A stretch of DNA of 61,863 bases, filler included, from Basidiobolus meristosporus CBS 931.73 (taxonomy: Eukaryota > Fungi > Basidiobolomycota): NCBI GenBank assembly GCA_002104905.1. It is 3 parts of 3 records of this genome, joined end to end, with 100 filler letters (N's around TTAATTAATTAA, not from the genome) between each part and the next. Parts side by side here need not be neighbours in the genome. Positions count along the whole stretch, not along the records: positions 1 to 24,762 come from MCFE01000941.1; positions 24,863 to 53,625 come from MCFE01000877.1; 1 more part is not named here. One strand, given 5' to 3'. This document shows, one piece after another, positions 21,895-35,518 of this stretch (the stretch's first letter is position 1; each line of letters starts with the position of its first letter). Below the pieces are notes generated by a model, which ran no database searches, was not told the origin of the DNA, and saw only the letters and a list, made by a program, of their open reading frames with translations. The translations under genes and the position numbers were made by a program.

Positions 21895-24762
21895 TGTTGT
21901 AAGAGTCTTGGATATATTGGTAGTGATTGGGAGGACAAGTTGATTATGTGGTTTTCACTTAATGATTTATTGGATGTAAAAGTGGTATTTATACTTCTAC
22001 ATAGTCTTTGCATAAGAAACATGAGAATGATTAAGAAAGGTCCCAAGAATATGTGTGCAAAGTTTGAGGCTGTTTGGATAGCTTTGAGAATTTTCATGTT
22101 CTGGGTACCTGGTATTCTGGTGAAATATTTAAGTAAATCCCAACAAGGAATTTGGTTAGTATTCTCTAGAATTTGAAGGTAATGACCTAAGTGACTAGGT
22201 TAGGTGAATATTTAGGTGGAACTACATATTTTTAAAACACTCCTACTTAGCTAAATGCTCATACTGACTAGTCCTAATTTTGACCTAAGATATTCAAACT
22301 TGTCACTAGCTAATGATTTAGTAAATATGTCTGCAATCATTTCATCTGAAAGATGGTAAGCTAAGCTAAGCTAAGTTACTCTCTATAGCTTCATGTATAA
22401 AATGATGTCTAATATATATGTGCTTAGTTCTAGCATGAAAATTTGGTTTTCTACCTAATTGTATACATCCCTGATTGTTTTGAAATAAAGTAATAGGCAT
22501 TTTTTGACATAGGCCTAAATCTGTAAAAAGCTTTCTTAACCATATTGCTTCTTTTCTAGCTTCACAGGCTGCCATATATTCTGCCTCTGTGGTACAAAGT
22601 GCCACAGTTGGTTCCTTTCATGAATTCCACAAAATTGTTCCTTGACAGTAAGGAAAGGTGTATCCTGTGGTGGATCTTCTATCTTCTGAATTTTGTCCCC
22701 AATCAGCATCAGAGCATCCCATAAGATCTTGTTCTGAATCCGTATTGGAGTACCTTAAGTAGATATCAGCAGCTCCTTTTAGGTATCTAAAAATCTGCTT
22801 AACTGCTGCAATATGATCAGATCCATAGTTCTGATTATGTTGTCTGACAACTCCCACTGAATATGAGAAATTGGGACATGTTACAAGCATGCTGTACATC
22901 ATACTGCCAGCCATAGACTGATAAGAAAAGTCAGGGCTTTCAGATGGCACCAAGCTCTCTTGATTTGGTTGAGTTTTGACCAAATTGAGGTTTGTCACCA
23001 TCGGGGTAGCTGCCAGTTTACAGTCTTCCATTTAGTACTTCTTTAGTGTATCTTGAAAATGGTTTGATTGGCTTAGGAGGATAGTATAGGTATCTTTGTC
23101 TATTGAGAACTCTATCCCTAAGTAGTAGCCTAGTCCTCCTAGATTGGACATCTTGAACTCTTTATATAGGCAGGATTCAGTCTCTTCCAATGTTTTTAGG
23201 TTATTAGCAGCTATAATACAATCATTCACAATCCAGATAATAGAGCTGGATTTGCTCTCTCTGGCTTGTAGTATATATTATAGTCAGAATTACTCCTTTA
23301 AAATTCAAAGACTCCAAATAAGAATCTATCCTGCAATTCCAGGCTTTTGGTGACTGTTTGAGACCATGAAGAAATTTTTTAAGCTTGTAGACCAAATGGG
23401 GTCATCTTTGTCCACAAGCCCATCAGGCTGGTCTATAAACAGGTCCTCATGGAGTTTTCCATTCAAAATGCAGATTTTACATCCATTTGATGTATAAAAA
23501 ACTTATATTTGGCTGCAATGGCCAATATTAATCTGATTGAATTTAACTTGGCTATCAGTGTAAAGGTCTTAATATAGTCAGTCCTTTTGTTTAAGATCAT
23601 CCTTTGGCCACAAATCTTGCTTTGTATCTTTCAATTATACCATCAGCCTTGTATTTTGTCTTTAAGACCAATCTGCATCCATTTGATTATTGGTTGATTG
23701 GCAATTTGACTAAGTCCCAAGTTTGATTTTCATCAGGGCCTGATATCCCTCAGTTATTGCAGATCTCCAAAAGCTTTGTCTGAGGGCTACTTAGGGCCTA
23801 CTTTGCAGTTTGGGGCTCAGCAATATGGACTGAATAGGCATAGGCTAAGTTTATACCCCTCATTGATATGATAATATGGGCTATTTCTTTTCCAGTTGGA
23901 TCTCTGGGCATTTGATACTAGCATGCTCACTTCTTGGATATTCCTGGGCACTGATTCAGGCTGGATCATGTTTGTAGAGTCCCCTGGAGTATAAAAGGTT
24001 TCATTGTTTTGCTCTGATTCAATGCTGATTGTTGGTGGACTTGAGATCAAATTTTTGTCATCATCTGATGTCATTTAATGTGAGAATTTTGAACCTTCAT
24101 CTATCAACAAATCCCCATTAATGATCAGCCTCTTTACTTTGGTATTGCAGAGTCTGTATGCCTTACTCATTGCAGTAGCCCAAAAATATGCATTCTACAC
24201 TTTTTGGCACAAGTCTCAACTTACTTCCAAGCAGTTTCATGGAATATACTATGCACCCAAATATTCTTAGATGTTCTGCACTTGGTCTGTATCTATACCA
24301 TGATTCAAATGGAGTAAAATTACTAAGTATTCTGTTAAAGCTCCTATTTTAAGGTAATCAACTGTGGCAACTGATTCCACCCAAATATCATAAGATAAAC
24401 AGATCATGAATCATGGATCTTGCAGTATCAATTGTAGATTGGTTTGCATATTCTGCTACTTCATATTGCTGTGGAGAGTATGGTACAGTAGTCTTTTATC
24501 TTATCCCATGAATTTTGCAGAGTTGGATGAGCAGTTTTGAGGTATATTCTCCACCATTGTTGGAGCATATTTTGTTGATTCTTTCACCAGTTTCTCCCTC
24601 CACCATAGCTTTGAACTCCCTGTACTTAGGCAGTGCTTTTTCCTTCCTCTTCATGAAGTAGACCCATGGGTATCTTGTTAAATGATTAATAAAAGTGATC
24701 AAATACTTCATCCTGCCTAAGGATAAATTTGGCATCAGTCCACACAGATCTGAGTGAGTTAG
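21895..24762 (-). mobile_element. Degenerate Ty1/Copia element (integrase-RT-RNaseH plus 3' LTR 21895-22239), cut by the gap
   Basis: Fragments NNGGEYTSK, GCSDADWG, ALCTTEAEYMAACEA...HARTKHI. Homologous to 58304-61863 with stops and frameshifts. LTR homologous to 57943-58292. Confidence 0.9.
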
Positions 24763-24862
24763 NNNNNNNNNNNNNNNNNNNNNNNNNNNNNNNNNNNNNN
24801 NNNNNNTTAATTAATTAANNNNNNNNNNNNNNNNNNNNNNNNNNNNNNNNNNNNNNNNNNNN
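24763..24862. other. Assembly gap with artificial TTAATTAATTAA linker
   Basis: N run with a six-frame-stop spacer at 24807-24818. Confidence 0.97.
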
Positions 24863-25099
24863 TTAAGGAAGGACTACACACTATGTGTGCAAGATTTAAG
24901 GTCTTTTGGACAACCTGGAGAAAGGTCATAATCTGGGTACCTTATAGTTTGGAGAAAATAATCTAATCAAAACCCCACAAGAAATTAGGTCTTGATAGAA
25001 TATTGATAATAATAGCTATAATGAATGCTAATACTGAAGAATAAGATCTATGTGACTAAGCTAGTATGAACATCTAGGTGTCAGCTTAATAATTGCAAC

Positions 25100-26830
25100 C
25101 CCAAATAGATCAGAGTAAATTAGATTCATTTTTTCTTAGTTTCAATTAAACCAGAGTTCTTGTATGCCCACCTGGCTTATTCCCCATATTAGCAGACTAT
25201 GCAGTGCTCCAAATCAGCTGGAGGATCAAATTGCAATTTGAAAATTGGTTAGTTCCAGATCATTTGTGCCAATAATCAAAATCAATGTGTCCAAGTTGCC
25301 AATGCTGGAGCATCAGTGCTTCTTCATTTAATTTACTTATACTGGCTTTCAGATATGATGGGGTATAAGGTAGCTTGTGTAGAATCTAATCTGTAACAAT
25401 TAAGGCAACAAAGGTGCCATTTTAATTGGTTATTGTGCATCCAATTTGTCAGAACCAGAACTGTGTTGTTCTGCTGTGACCTTACTCATATATAGAAGGT
25501 TCTTGGCTAGAGTGCTTTTTGGTGGTACAAGTAGGGGATGCTCCAGAGTATGTATACCTTGGCTGAGAACACCTGTCTGTTTTTGTGCTGAGTGCAGATC
25601 TGAATAGTGAATCATCAACCTACAACAAGCTTCAAACTTGAAATTCATCTAGTTTTCAGCTGGTGTTTTTCCCAGAAACTCTCTTTTGCAACTTTTGACA
25701 GAAGTACTGCACAACTGGTTGCCAAACCTGATGAGAATGATACTGGGCCAGTCTCCTGTTGGAGAGCATATCTGCTTGCCTGCCCAACTGTTAGTGTCTG
25801 AGACATTGAGAGTTGCTAGTTGTGAGAAATTTGTAGTTCAGCTGGAATTATCACAATGTTGTGCTAGCCTTTTTTTATGATTTCTGTTTGGGTAGATGGT
25901 TGCAGCATATCCATTTTCAGAATTTCTCTGCCATCTTTTGAGTACTGGTCCAATGTGTATGCTTGGCTTTTGCAGTAGCAGCAAGTGACATTGCTGATGC
26001 CTTTAGAGGGTATTGAGTGCCCCCTTTGATGGTGATCATTGCTTATTAATGAATACTTCTCTTTCTCCTTATTAGCACTTTGTTATCTGGATCCTTCATC
26101 TGGAAGCCCTCCAAGTACCTAATTTTAAGCCAGATATTGAGTTCTAGACTCCAGGTTGGATAAATGACCTGAAAGCTTACTATCAGGCTATTCTGGAGGG
26201 TAACCATCATATCTGTATCTGTAGTTTGAATGCCCTCTGGTGCCATCTTGTTATTTAGCAGAGTAAGTCAGCTAATTGGATTTTTCATTTGTACTCCAGG
26301 AAGCCTCTTTTTAGTAAAGAATTTTTGTCCAAAATACATTTTCTTAGCAGCTAAAAATGACTGGTTGGTGTCTTCTAATGTCTTCAAGGTATTCTTTGCC
26401 ATTTTTTCTCTTGAGCTTTGAATTAGCAGCTTGCCTCTTTCCTGTAGCAGCACCATTGCCTTCACCTTCCAGACTTGGTACTTAGGTCCTTCCAACTTTT
26501 CAGCAGAGGGAAAATTCCCATGATTGCAACAGTAGACATTGCATAGAGTGACAGCTTAGGGCTCATAACCTGTTGTAAGTGTTTAGGTGATATTGGAAGT
26601 GAATGGGAAAGTAAATAATTCATGCAGTTTCACTTAATGATTTATTGAATGTAAAGGTAGCATTTGTACTTTGCAGGGTTTTTGCTAAATACTTGTAAAA
26701 TATGCTCAGGATGATCTCAAGAACATGTGTGCAAAGTATGGGGCTGTTTGTACAGATTTGAGGTTTCTAATAATCTGGGTACCTGATGTTGTGGTGAAAA
26801 TATTCAAAGTAAATGCCAACCAGGAGTTTG
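25100..26830 (-). mobile_element. Degenerate Copia 5' part (partial 5' LTR 26571-26830, PBS, gag, GAG-pre-integrase), divergent subfamily
   Basis: KYQVWKVKAMVLLQERG (gag N-terminus) and WQLGHIDFDY. The LTR end TTACAACA is followed on the minus strand by GGTTATGAGCCC. Confidence 0.7.
26559..26570 (-). promoter_or_regulatory. Copia primer-binding site (GGTTATGAGCCC)
   Basis: Directly abuts the LTR end; 1 mismatch to the Drosophila copia-type PBS GGTTATGGGCCC (internal tRNAiMet fragment priming). Confidence 0.65.
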
Positions 26831-29441
26831 AGCATTATCATCACATCAATACCATTTTTTACATCAGCATGCTTATTGCAGTCTCACTGATTTGGCTGCA
26901 CATTGGTCCACACATTGCTATGCTTGTTCTAAGCTTTGCAACACCAATATCTTGCAAAGTGGTAGATACACAATATTCATTTTGTTGGAATGCTTACATC
27001 ATGTGGAAGTTTGGTAAATGTAATGATCAAGATTTTTTTGGAATGATGACAAAAAGCAACATAGAAAATGCCACACTGTTTGGGCTAGTTCTACCTCCAG
27101 AACTTCTCCAACTTCACCATATTTAGGTATATTTTGGCTTGCAAGATATTAACTACTATCTAGCAATTTGACCAAGTAGTGATTAACAAAATATGAACCT
27201 TCTTCAAGTATAAAGCTAGAGAATTGCAACAACTTCAACAATCTCTTGGCAATGAAAGCATGGCACCACTACTGTGTTGGCTGAGCTTTACCAACACTCA
27301 GGCAGAATACTACCAGAAACCCCCCCCCCAAGAAATCCAATGTTTACTGTTATGCAGTCATTCTCTTGCTCACCAGGTATGATAAAGTCTTAATCTGGGT
27401 TTCGACAGGAGAATCAGTGAGTAGTCAGAGGTGACAAATTATGCATATGGGTGGGGCCACGATAAGCAACCTTCTTGCCAGCTTGGAAATTTTACTAGGG
27501 ACTCGGGTTGTATAGTAGTGCACAAGAAATCAGTCCAAGTCAACGCTGAGAGAACCTGCAACATTCCAAGATTTCTACTACAAGCATCAGCAGACTTCCA
27601 AGGTCAGAACAGCTGCCAACACACCGATTTGATTGAAATCGAGTTTGAGGTGCATAGGTTTGCCACGCCATTTGCTTGACTGAACATCAATTTCCAAGTA
27701 ATACCCCGATCAATATAATGGCCACCTGTCGCAATATCAAAATTGGGCTGGAGCTTTCGCACATCATCCAGTCCAGAGCCAATCCTTCTTAGGGCTTGAC
27801 AAATGGACTATGTGGCAAAAAGGACGGGAACGATTTCTCACTCCCCTGATCCTCACGTAACCCGCGCTTAAGGGAACCTCCGAAAGGCAGCAACACCCAA
27901 AGTATTGATGGAGGCGAGTCAAGCTCTGAATAGGGATTGAACTGCCCGTTCTGATTGCCAATTTCACCAAGTCCCTGCGGAAACAGATTCGTGGCTACAG
28001 TGGTCCGAGTCAACATATGAATCCCTCATCTCCTTTCTGACACCTCTTCGGTAACGCTTCAGCACTTTCGTAACGATGTTGAAACTCTGGCAGAGGCCTC
28101 CGGAGGGAACAAGGTTTGCTCCAAATCCTGTCGTGGCCTAAAGAGAGGGGTGCGTTAGTGAAGGGTTGCGCCGTAAGCATCGGTACGACGGTTGAGGGGG
28201 CACCGCGGCGTCACGCATCAGGAATTGACTCTGCCTTAAGCTGGCCTGAATCTCGGACGCAAAAGCCACCCACCAGGCACTAGCAAGGGCTGAGGCCAAA
28301 AACGATGCGGAAATTCGATTGATTATGGGCATCTCGCTCCACCCGATGATAACATCCATCTCCGAGCAGGCGACTCTAGTTCATTGGCGGGTGAGAGTTC
28401 CACGTGCATCGCAAAGCCTCCCTGCAGTACCACTTCTGCCAACGCTTCCACCACTTATGAACCGGAGCAACGATCTCGTAACACCGATGGGGAATGAATT
28501 CTAGGTCGCCTAGCCGATCGACTTGGCACGGTGATGGGATCCGTTTTGAGCTGGATGGCGAGCTTGGCCTCGCTTTGGTACAGAATGCTCTGCAGCAGCA
28601 CCGCTGGAGATGCGTCCGCTCTAGCAGCCGGTTGTAGGTAGTTTAATTCATTTGAGATAAGGCTCCGCTATTCGAGTACGACGCATGTGCCACGCTTTGA
28701 GAATCGATATTGATTCGTGCAGAATCCTATCCTACCTTGAAGCGATGCATATCACTTGATAGGGGTCGATGTATTCCGCAGCAGCTCAGCTCAGCTCAGA
28801 TAGCCAGCACTCACTTGAATCGCCAGACCCATGCTCCACATACCACAAAGCCAACCAGTCACATGCGTACCGCCGCCTCAGGATGGTCCTGGTGAAGACT
28901 CGTTGATACACGGTCCCAGCAGGGCCAGAGGTTCGCGATCCATTGTTTGCGATGGATATAGGAAACCTACGCCACATTCATATTCGCCAACGACATCTTT
29001 GAAACCCACTCAGGTACCTTTGGGCCAGACAATGAATCACAGTGCCGCATTCGGTCGTGCCATCATCCAAATTACGTTCACCCATGTTCCACTTTCAAAT
29101 GTGCCCAGCTGAGACGCTCACCCGACTCATGAATCTACCCCATCTGCCGCCACAGGTAGCACCGACATGTGTTTGCCACATCGATACATCCCACGACGGA
29201 GCGTGGTTCAGGAGGACCACAAACGGGCAAGGCGGATGTCGGTCCACAGGAGTGTTCTGGTCCTCAAGGACTTTCGGGGAGGGGGGTCAAACAACATGCA
29301 AGGCCTGTTCATTCAGGACAGCCCATATGGTGATTTATTTACAATTATTGATGTCATTTCCATTGATACATTTCCGGGAGGCGATGGACCCGAGCGTCGT
29401 GGGGCTTGGTCCGAAGAGGCGGTTCCTTCCCCGGGCGGCGG

Positions 29442-30979
29442 CTATTCTGCACACTGAAGAATATAGGCTGGGCTTTCTGGCCGGATTAGGTTCGATGGAG
29501 AAACCCTCCACAAGCCTACAGATGTACAGATCAACACATCGCCGGACCTCAGTATGGTTATGTCATAGTAATCTATGCTCTCTTGATCAGCATCCGATTC
29601 CTTGTGCTCGATGGGGACCTTGGAGCGACCTATCATTTTGCACGTATTTACATCGTAAATCTGGAGCTCCCCCTCCACTGTGATGGTAACCAGCAACGAG
29701 TCTCTCCCGCAATAGGCACCAAAGATCCCATGCTCGCTAGGAAGCTCTATCACAGAAATTAGATTATTTGACAGATCTATCACCCCGTTGGGAGACTCGT
29801 TCACTTCGAGACTCCACAGGATCACCTGGCTTCTATTTAAGTCGTTATCTGCGATGGTCACACACCGCACCGAGCGTCTGCTTCTCTCGTTCTCCTTGTT
29901 CAATCCGTCGAATATGGACATCGGCTCGGTGCCCCACGGCAAGACCGGATAGTTTTTCAACAGGGATGTGAATTGGTTTGCGCAGAAGTCCCACACGAGG
30001 ACCTCATGCTGCCCTGTGGTTAAATAAAGCAGATCCGGCGTGTCCAGACAGTGATAATTGACGACGCAGATGTCTTTACCGAAGGTCTGTGTACTTTGCA
30101 CCTTCCCGTCCAAGTAATTGTATTTCCCGAGAAAGCAGGGAAACCCCTCCTGGTACATGATCCCTATCAGCGCCAAGTCGGTGTCCTCGGCGCCTGGCAG
30201 ATCAAAACAGGCATGGAACGATCGCCACACTATTAGCGGTTGGAACTCGGACACCAGTCGTGGGACCCCAGTATCGTCAGTGTAACAGTATACCTGGATC
30301 GTGTGCCAGAAGTTGCGGGCGATATCCGTACAGAGAGCCACCGCAAACAACCCTCGCTTAGCGCTTACGGCTATGAGCTCCATCTGACACCGATCCGGAT
30401 TCTCGATGGTGAATTTCATGGGGGTTTGCAGCAGTTGTGCATCGGACTCCCAGAGTATCACTTCATACGAATCCTCAAGTATGCATACACCGTACCCGGT
30501 GACTAGGTGATCATGATCAAAGACAAGTCGCCGTGTTGCATGAGAGAAGGGCTGACTGCCGTGGCCGATGATCAACTGCCATAAGGTTTGGTTCGACTCC
30601 TCGGGGCCTACTCGAGTGAAGTAGCTCTGCCACTCTTGATGTAAACGCCAGTTGCTGAGAAACTTGTCGCGCCAGGTTTGGGAGCCGCCATTAGCATCTT
30701 CCCGATACTTCAAGGAGTGGGTGAGTAGCGGAAATTGGTATTGGTATACATCATACCACAGCCGGTCTTGAATAAATAGACTAGAGAAGAGAATAGTTAG
30801 CATTCGGTGACTGTCGTCGGGAGGAAGGGGAACAGAGGAGACGAACAAAACGAACGGACGTACTTGTGCAAATGTTTACAGGTGCTGCCCAGGGCGTACA
30901 CACTTGGAATGTGGGCCTTGACATAGTAGAATATTAGGGACCATATCTCCTCAGGGAAAATGGGTGCTGCGCAAATCAT
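29442..30979 (-). CDS. F-box protein with probable beta-propeller C-terminus (2 exons: 30979-30864, 30780-29442; 484 aa)
   Basis: FPEEIWSLIFYYV...VYALGSTCKHLH F-box. An 83-nt intron (GTACGT...GCTAAC...CTAG) joins exon 1 in frame to LFIQDRLW. The C-terminus is beta-rich with W-D-like motifs. Confidence 0.8.
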
Positions 30980-33487
30980 GAAGGTAGTGTCTCTATCGGG
31001 GAAAGAGAGGTTTGGGTGGAAAGGCTCTAAATTGAGATGATTGCGTTCTCCTTGTTGCGGCGAAAAAGAATTCTTACAAATGAACCGAGACGGTTTTGTG
31101 ACCTCACCATCCGGCCTACTTAAATAATTCTCTGAGGGCCAAGCAAAAAAAGGGCAGTCCGAGATTGATAAGATGTGTTCATTCATCAGGGCCACGACCA
31201 CTCATCCTGTAAGAAATTTGTGGCTCAGGTCTTAGGTCCAAGTATCTCGGAGCTGAAACCAAATCGCAACCTCGGAGTACGAGCTCTGCCCTCTTCCCTG
31301 CACATGTAGTGGGAATCCCATCGCGCTAGCTCGACAACACGAAACAGCAGTCCACGAAATCAGAGCCAGCGTCCTGCCACTGGGGAGATGCAAGGCTGCC
31401 TCCCTCAAGGGCTAACGGGCACGACTCCGTTCAATGGCAACTGGGATTCTACAGGCCGGGTGCCGGATCAAGACTCAATCAACGCAATAACTATGGATGG
31501 TGCGCAATCATTTGACCATCCATAGCCATCATCACAAACACCACCGATAACATCAAGTGATCGCTAATTGATTGAGTGGGTGAATCATCTGACTTGATGT
31601 CGCGTGTATGAGGTTATCGGCAATTAGTGAGCAATTAGCGAGCCGCAAAGGCTGAGTCTCAAACCAGATGCCCATTCATTTCTGATCAAACCGCATATCC
31701 AATGACATGATTGAAACCCCCCAATAAAGGGGCGGTCGGTACAATGAATCTCTGAGTATATGATCATCACTGAGGTAAGATGGAGTAGGGTTGCCTGATA
31801 CAGCCCTTGAATATAGGCTTCAAAGATCTCTGGGCTCGATGTTCTACATGGGCGTGGCATGCAGCAGCTGTTATGCACTCAAGCTCAGCTTGACAGATTG
31901 TCGCACACGCTGAGCAACTGTCCCAGCCGGACGACACAGTCTAGGTAATAGCCTGTGAAGATATGCCCTCGCCCTCGCCAAAGACAATTCGGCTGAAACA
32001 GGGGAGCTGCTTAGCTAATGCTATCAAACTTTCCGTATTACTACAATAGCATGTTTGTATCATTCTACATTGTCTAACTGACCAAGAGGAGGATCCATGA
32101 CGCGATGGTGTTACACATCGCCGGACCCATCCAAGCTCGCTGGCTTGGGCTGGAATCGCTAAACATCCATCGATCATGAGACAAATTCCGTCCGATGTCC
32201 AGTACACAGTACGATGTGTGCTGAAGGGCTAGACCAACGTGCCTGCCTTCTCTGCCATAATGGGTCAATCACGATGATTCCCACATTCATGCTGATTTAA
32301 ATATCGGATTTCGCTAGAGCTGTGGAAGGCTGGGGTTTACATGGACCCATCTTTGGATATAATGAGCCACCCACATTGACAGCCTGCTGAAAATACCGAT
32401 CATCGGCTGCAATCCCACCCACCCTCGTAGGGCTAGCTATGTTTGAAGCGAAACTGCCTCCTCTTTAAGTTGCGTCTAGTGTCACAAGGCAGTTTTGTGC
32501 ATCCCCTGCTCTCAACATAACTTGACTGGTGGCAACCGATGTTTTAGGCCAAGTTGGTTTGACGGATCCTATTGTCCAGAGCCTTACACAAAATATGTGG
32601 GACTTGTAGAAGGCTTTGATGCATGGAACCTGAGTTCTTGGATCGGAATTAAGATGCAAGTAACCCGATTGCCTACGCATGGTTTTGAAAGCTATTCAAG
32701 CGGTATCAGTCGGCCTATTGCACTTGCCACTGCATACCATTGTCCAAGACTAGAGGTATGGGCGGGCATCATCCACCTGTACGTCATGACTATCCGGTTA
32801 ACGAGCTAGCTTGTCAGCCATCTTCGTGAAAGGGAGGAGCCGTAGCTCTGTCTGATTTCTCCTTAACACAAGAGTGCTCACTGTGAGCCCAGTACTGCAA
32901 TCCGCACAGGAGATAAGTGCCACTTGCGAGAAACATGTTCGGGTTGACGCGCTGCTTTCAGGAAATTTTACCACGTTCAAGGCATATTAATTTGCTGGTC
33001 GAAGTCTCACTTGGGTTTCTATTGGCGCATTTAATCAATGTTCTAATTTAGTCAGGCCAATTATCCGATTTCTGGCCAATGGGAATTAGAGAAACTAAGG
33101 GGTACATCCAGCATGACAATGAAAAAAACACTCATGTAAGTTAGATTGCGGTAGTATTTTTACACGAATTGCCTGTAGATGATCTGTTCGTGCAACCCGA
33201 GATTCCTTTTTTGGACTAATGGGAAATTTGACCTCAGTGAAATTCAAATTCCCTAATGTCGATATTTTATTAATGTTGTCTCTACTCCAGTGACCCTATT
33301 GGTTTCTATTTTAATTGTTGCCTGTTAATGAACTCCCTGGGTTTATATAAGGAGCGAGAGTCGCTTTCACCTTCACTTTTAATTTCCTCTGTGGCTGTGC
33401 CTTCTGTTCTTTGATAACTGTTTTCCCTGCAACTTCTAATTCTAATATACCTACCACATAGTTGAATCTCCAATTTAACAATTAACA

Positions 33488-34180
33488 ATGCTTACATACT
33501 TGGCCAACACTGAGTGCACTCTTGCTAACCCCTCCTCACTTGACCAGAGTTATGAATATAAAAATGGTAAGGAGCACCTTGACGCGTCTGGTCTATAGTC
33601 CAAGTCCTGACCTCGCCTTATTCTAGACGAATACTTAAATAATCGTTACGAAGGGATTGAAGAGACAAAATTTATCTTGCACAAGGAAAACATTGGCTAT
33701 CTTGGATATGATTCGGCTACTGCCGCAGAATCAACCGAGTTTGAACAGGAGACTGAGACAGAGGAGGTAAGGTTATTCATTTGGCTCTCATAAATAAGCT
33801 CGCCGCTCACAATATCCCCATGTCAGGCTTCTTCCCAAACCAGCGACGAGCCAGGTAAGATTGACCCGAAGAACTATACACACGGAAAATACGCTTACAA
33901 CCTATCTATAGAGCTTAAAATCCGCGATTTCGCATATCCGCCAAGTGACCCTCGCCATTGGGGCGAATATGTAGAGGAAGAAGAGGAGGAGGACGATGTG
34001 GAATCGGTGCAAGTTCGTGCACTCTATGACTTTACTGCCGAAAGCCCCGACGAGCTCAGCTTTAGCGAAGGGGATATCCTTAACATCCAATACAAGGAGT
34101 GCGAAGGATGGCTGGTTGGCTATCTGGAAGATCAAGTAGGATTGATACCCGAAAACTACGTTGAATTCATTGACTATTAA
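33488..34180 (+). CDS. SH3-domain protein, Nbp2/Skb5-like (multi-exon)
   Basis: IRDFAYPPSDPRHWG motif then an acidic tract and SH3 (VRALYDFTAESPDELSFSEGD..GWLVG..GLIPENYV). GTAAG...AG introns near 33567, 33767 and probably 33855 keep the frame from ATG 33488. Confidence 0.8.
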
Positions 34181-35518
34181 GTCGGCGTGGAAGTAATCTT
34201 GCCTGGTTTGCAGGATTTAGTATAGCTTAGTTTATTTGAATGATCTGTTGTAATTAGAGCCCCGATCATTCTATGAAGGTGTGATGGTTTATGCTCACAT
34301 GTTTTGACTTGGTTCATTATCACCCCCATTTCTTTACCCATTCTACGTTCGAATTTATCGCACTTTCTGAATCTTGTTCACATTGAATGTAAGTTACTGC
34401 CTGTATTTTTAGTTTACCATATCGAAGAATGAAGTAAAGAGGTTCGGTGATATCACCAATAACCTTCGATAGATCGTGGCAAATCGGTCCAGAATTCCGA
34501 ATATTCCGGGACTCTGAAAAGATTCCCCATTTTTACTCCATCTGTCCGACTTCGTAGGTGGCAAAAAAGCACAGGCTCCCTAATCGGTCCAACTGTATTG
34601 AGCCAATGGCTTGTGATAGGAGCTCTTGGGCACACGAAAAAAAGCAAATCCAAGATAATTTTACTTGTACATTCTGCAGTAAAGTTGCATCGAACAGGTG
34701 TACAAATTCTCCTACACAGCGCTACAATACAAGCAGTTTGAATTCCCTTGGACCTGTTCCAAAAACAGCCATGGTATCATCCACGGAAGCGCCTTTGCAA
34801 CCCTCAAAGCTCGCTTCTCCGAGCCTCGAAACAACATCAAGTGTGTAATGGTGGTGATTACCACCTGCCAAGCATTTGATTTCCTTGTTGGGCTCGGCTA
34901 TTCAATTGAGCTTGTATTTCGTCAAGTTAGTATTGGATCTATAGAATCTACCCAATTGTTGTATATGCAAGTGTCTTTAATACACAATGTGATTTCTCGT
35001 GGGTTGTGCCACCCAAGAGACCCTAGACAATTCCCCATGATAAACAGGAGAATACCTGGACATGGCCTAGAATAATGGGTGTTTATGCTAAGATACTCCT
35101 GGTCGAAACTCCTTTGGTGGGTGCGTCGGTCTGATATTGGCTACTAGTATTACTATTTTAAGTGTGGATCGTACATTGTGTTCAGTCCATACGAATGGTG
35201 AGGGGCTATGTGAGCGTATGACATGCATGACAATCCTTTTGAGCCAAGATGCACAGTGCCGGTTAAAGTTGTCTGACTACTTTGAGACGCAAAATACAAC
35301 GTGTATGCGGTATTCACATTGTTGATTCCTGACTAGAGGCTTATGTTTGTTCATTTGTTGGTATGCATCGGTCCGCTTGACAATTGAAAGCTCTTGATGG
35401 GCAGCGTGCACAGGAAACCTGGTGCTTGATAACGTGTTCAACCAAACTTCAACTTGTGAATCCGTGATTTTTATTTACGACTAGCGAACCCAAATAAAAA
35501 TAATTATGTGTGGGCGTA

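Noticed and set aside
24807-24818. TTAATTAATTAA palindrome inside N runs (also 53670-53681)
   Set aside because: Artificial six-frame-stop gap linker; contiguity and distance across these gaps are uncertain.
31200-33000. Several 60-104 aa ORFs
   Set aside because: No family motif recognised; they may be UTR, promoter or decayed genes.
34453-35325. Short ORFs between the SH3 and ricin genes
   Set aside because: No supportable product in any frame.
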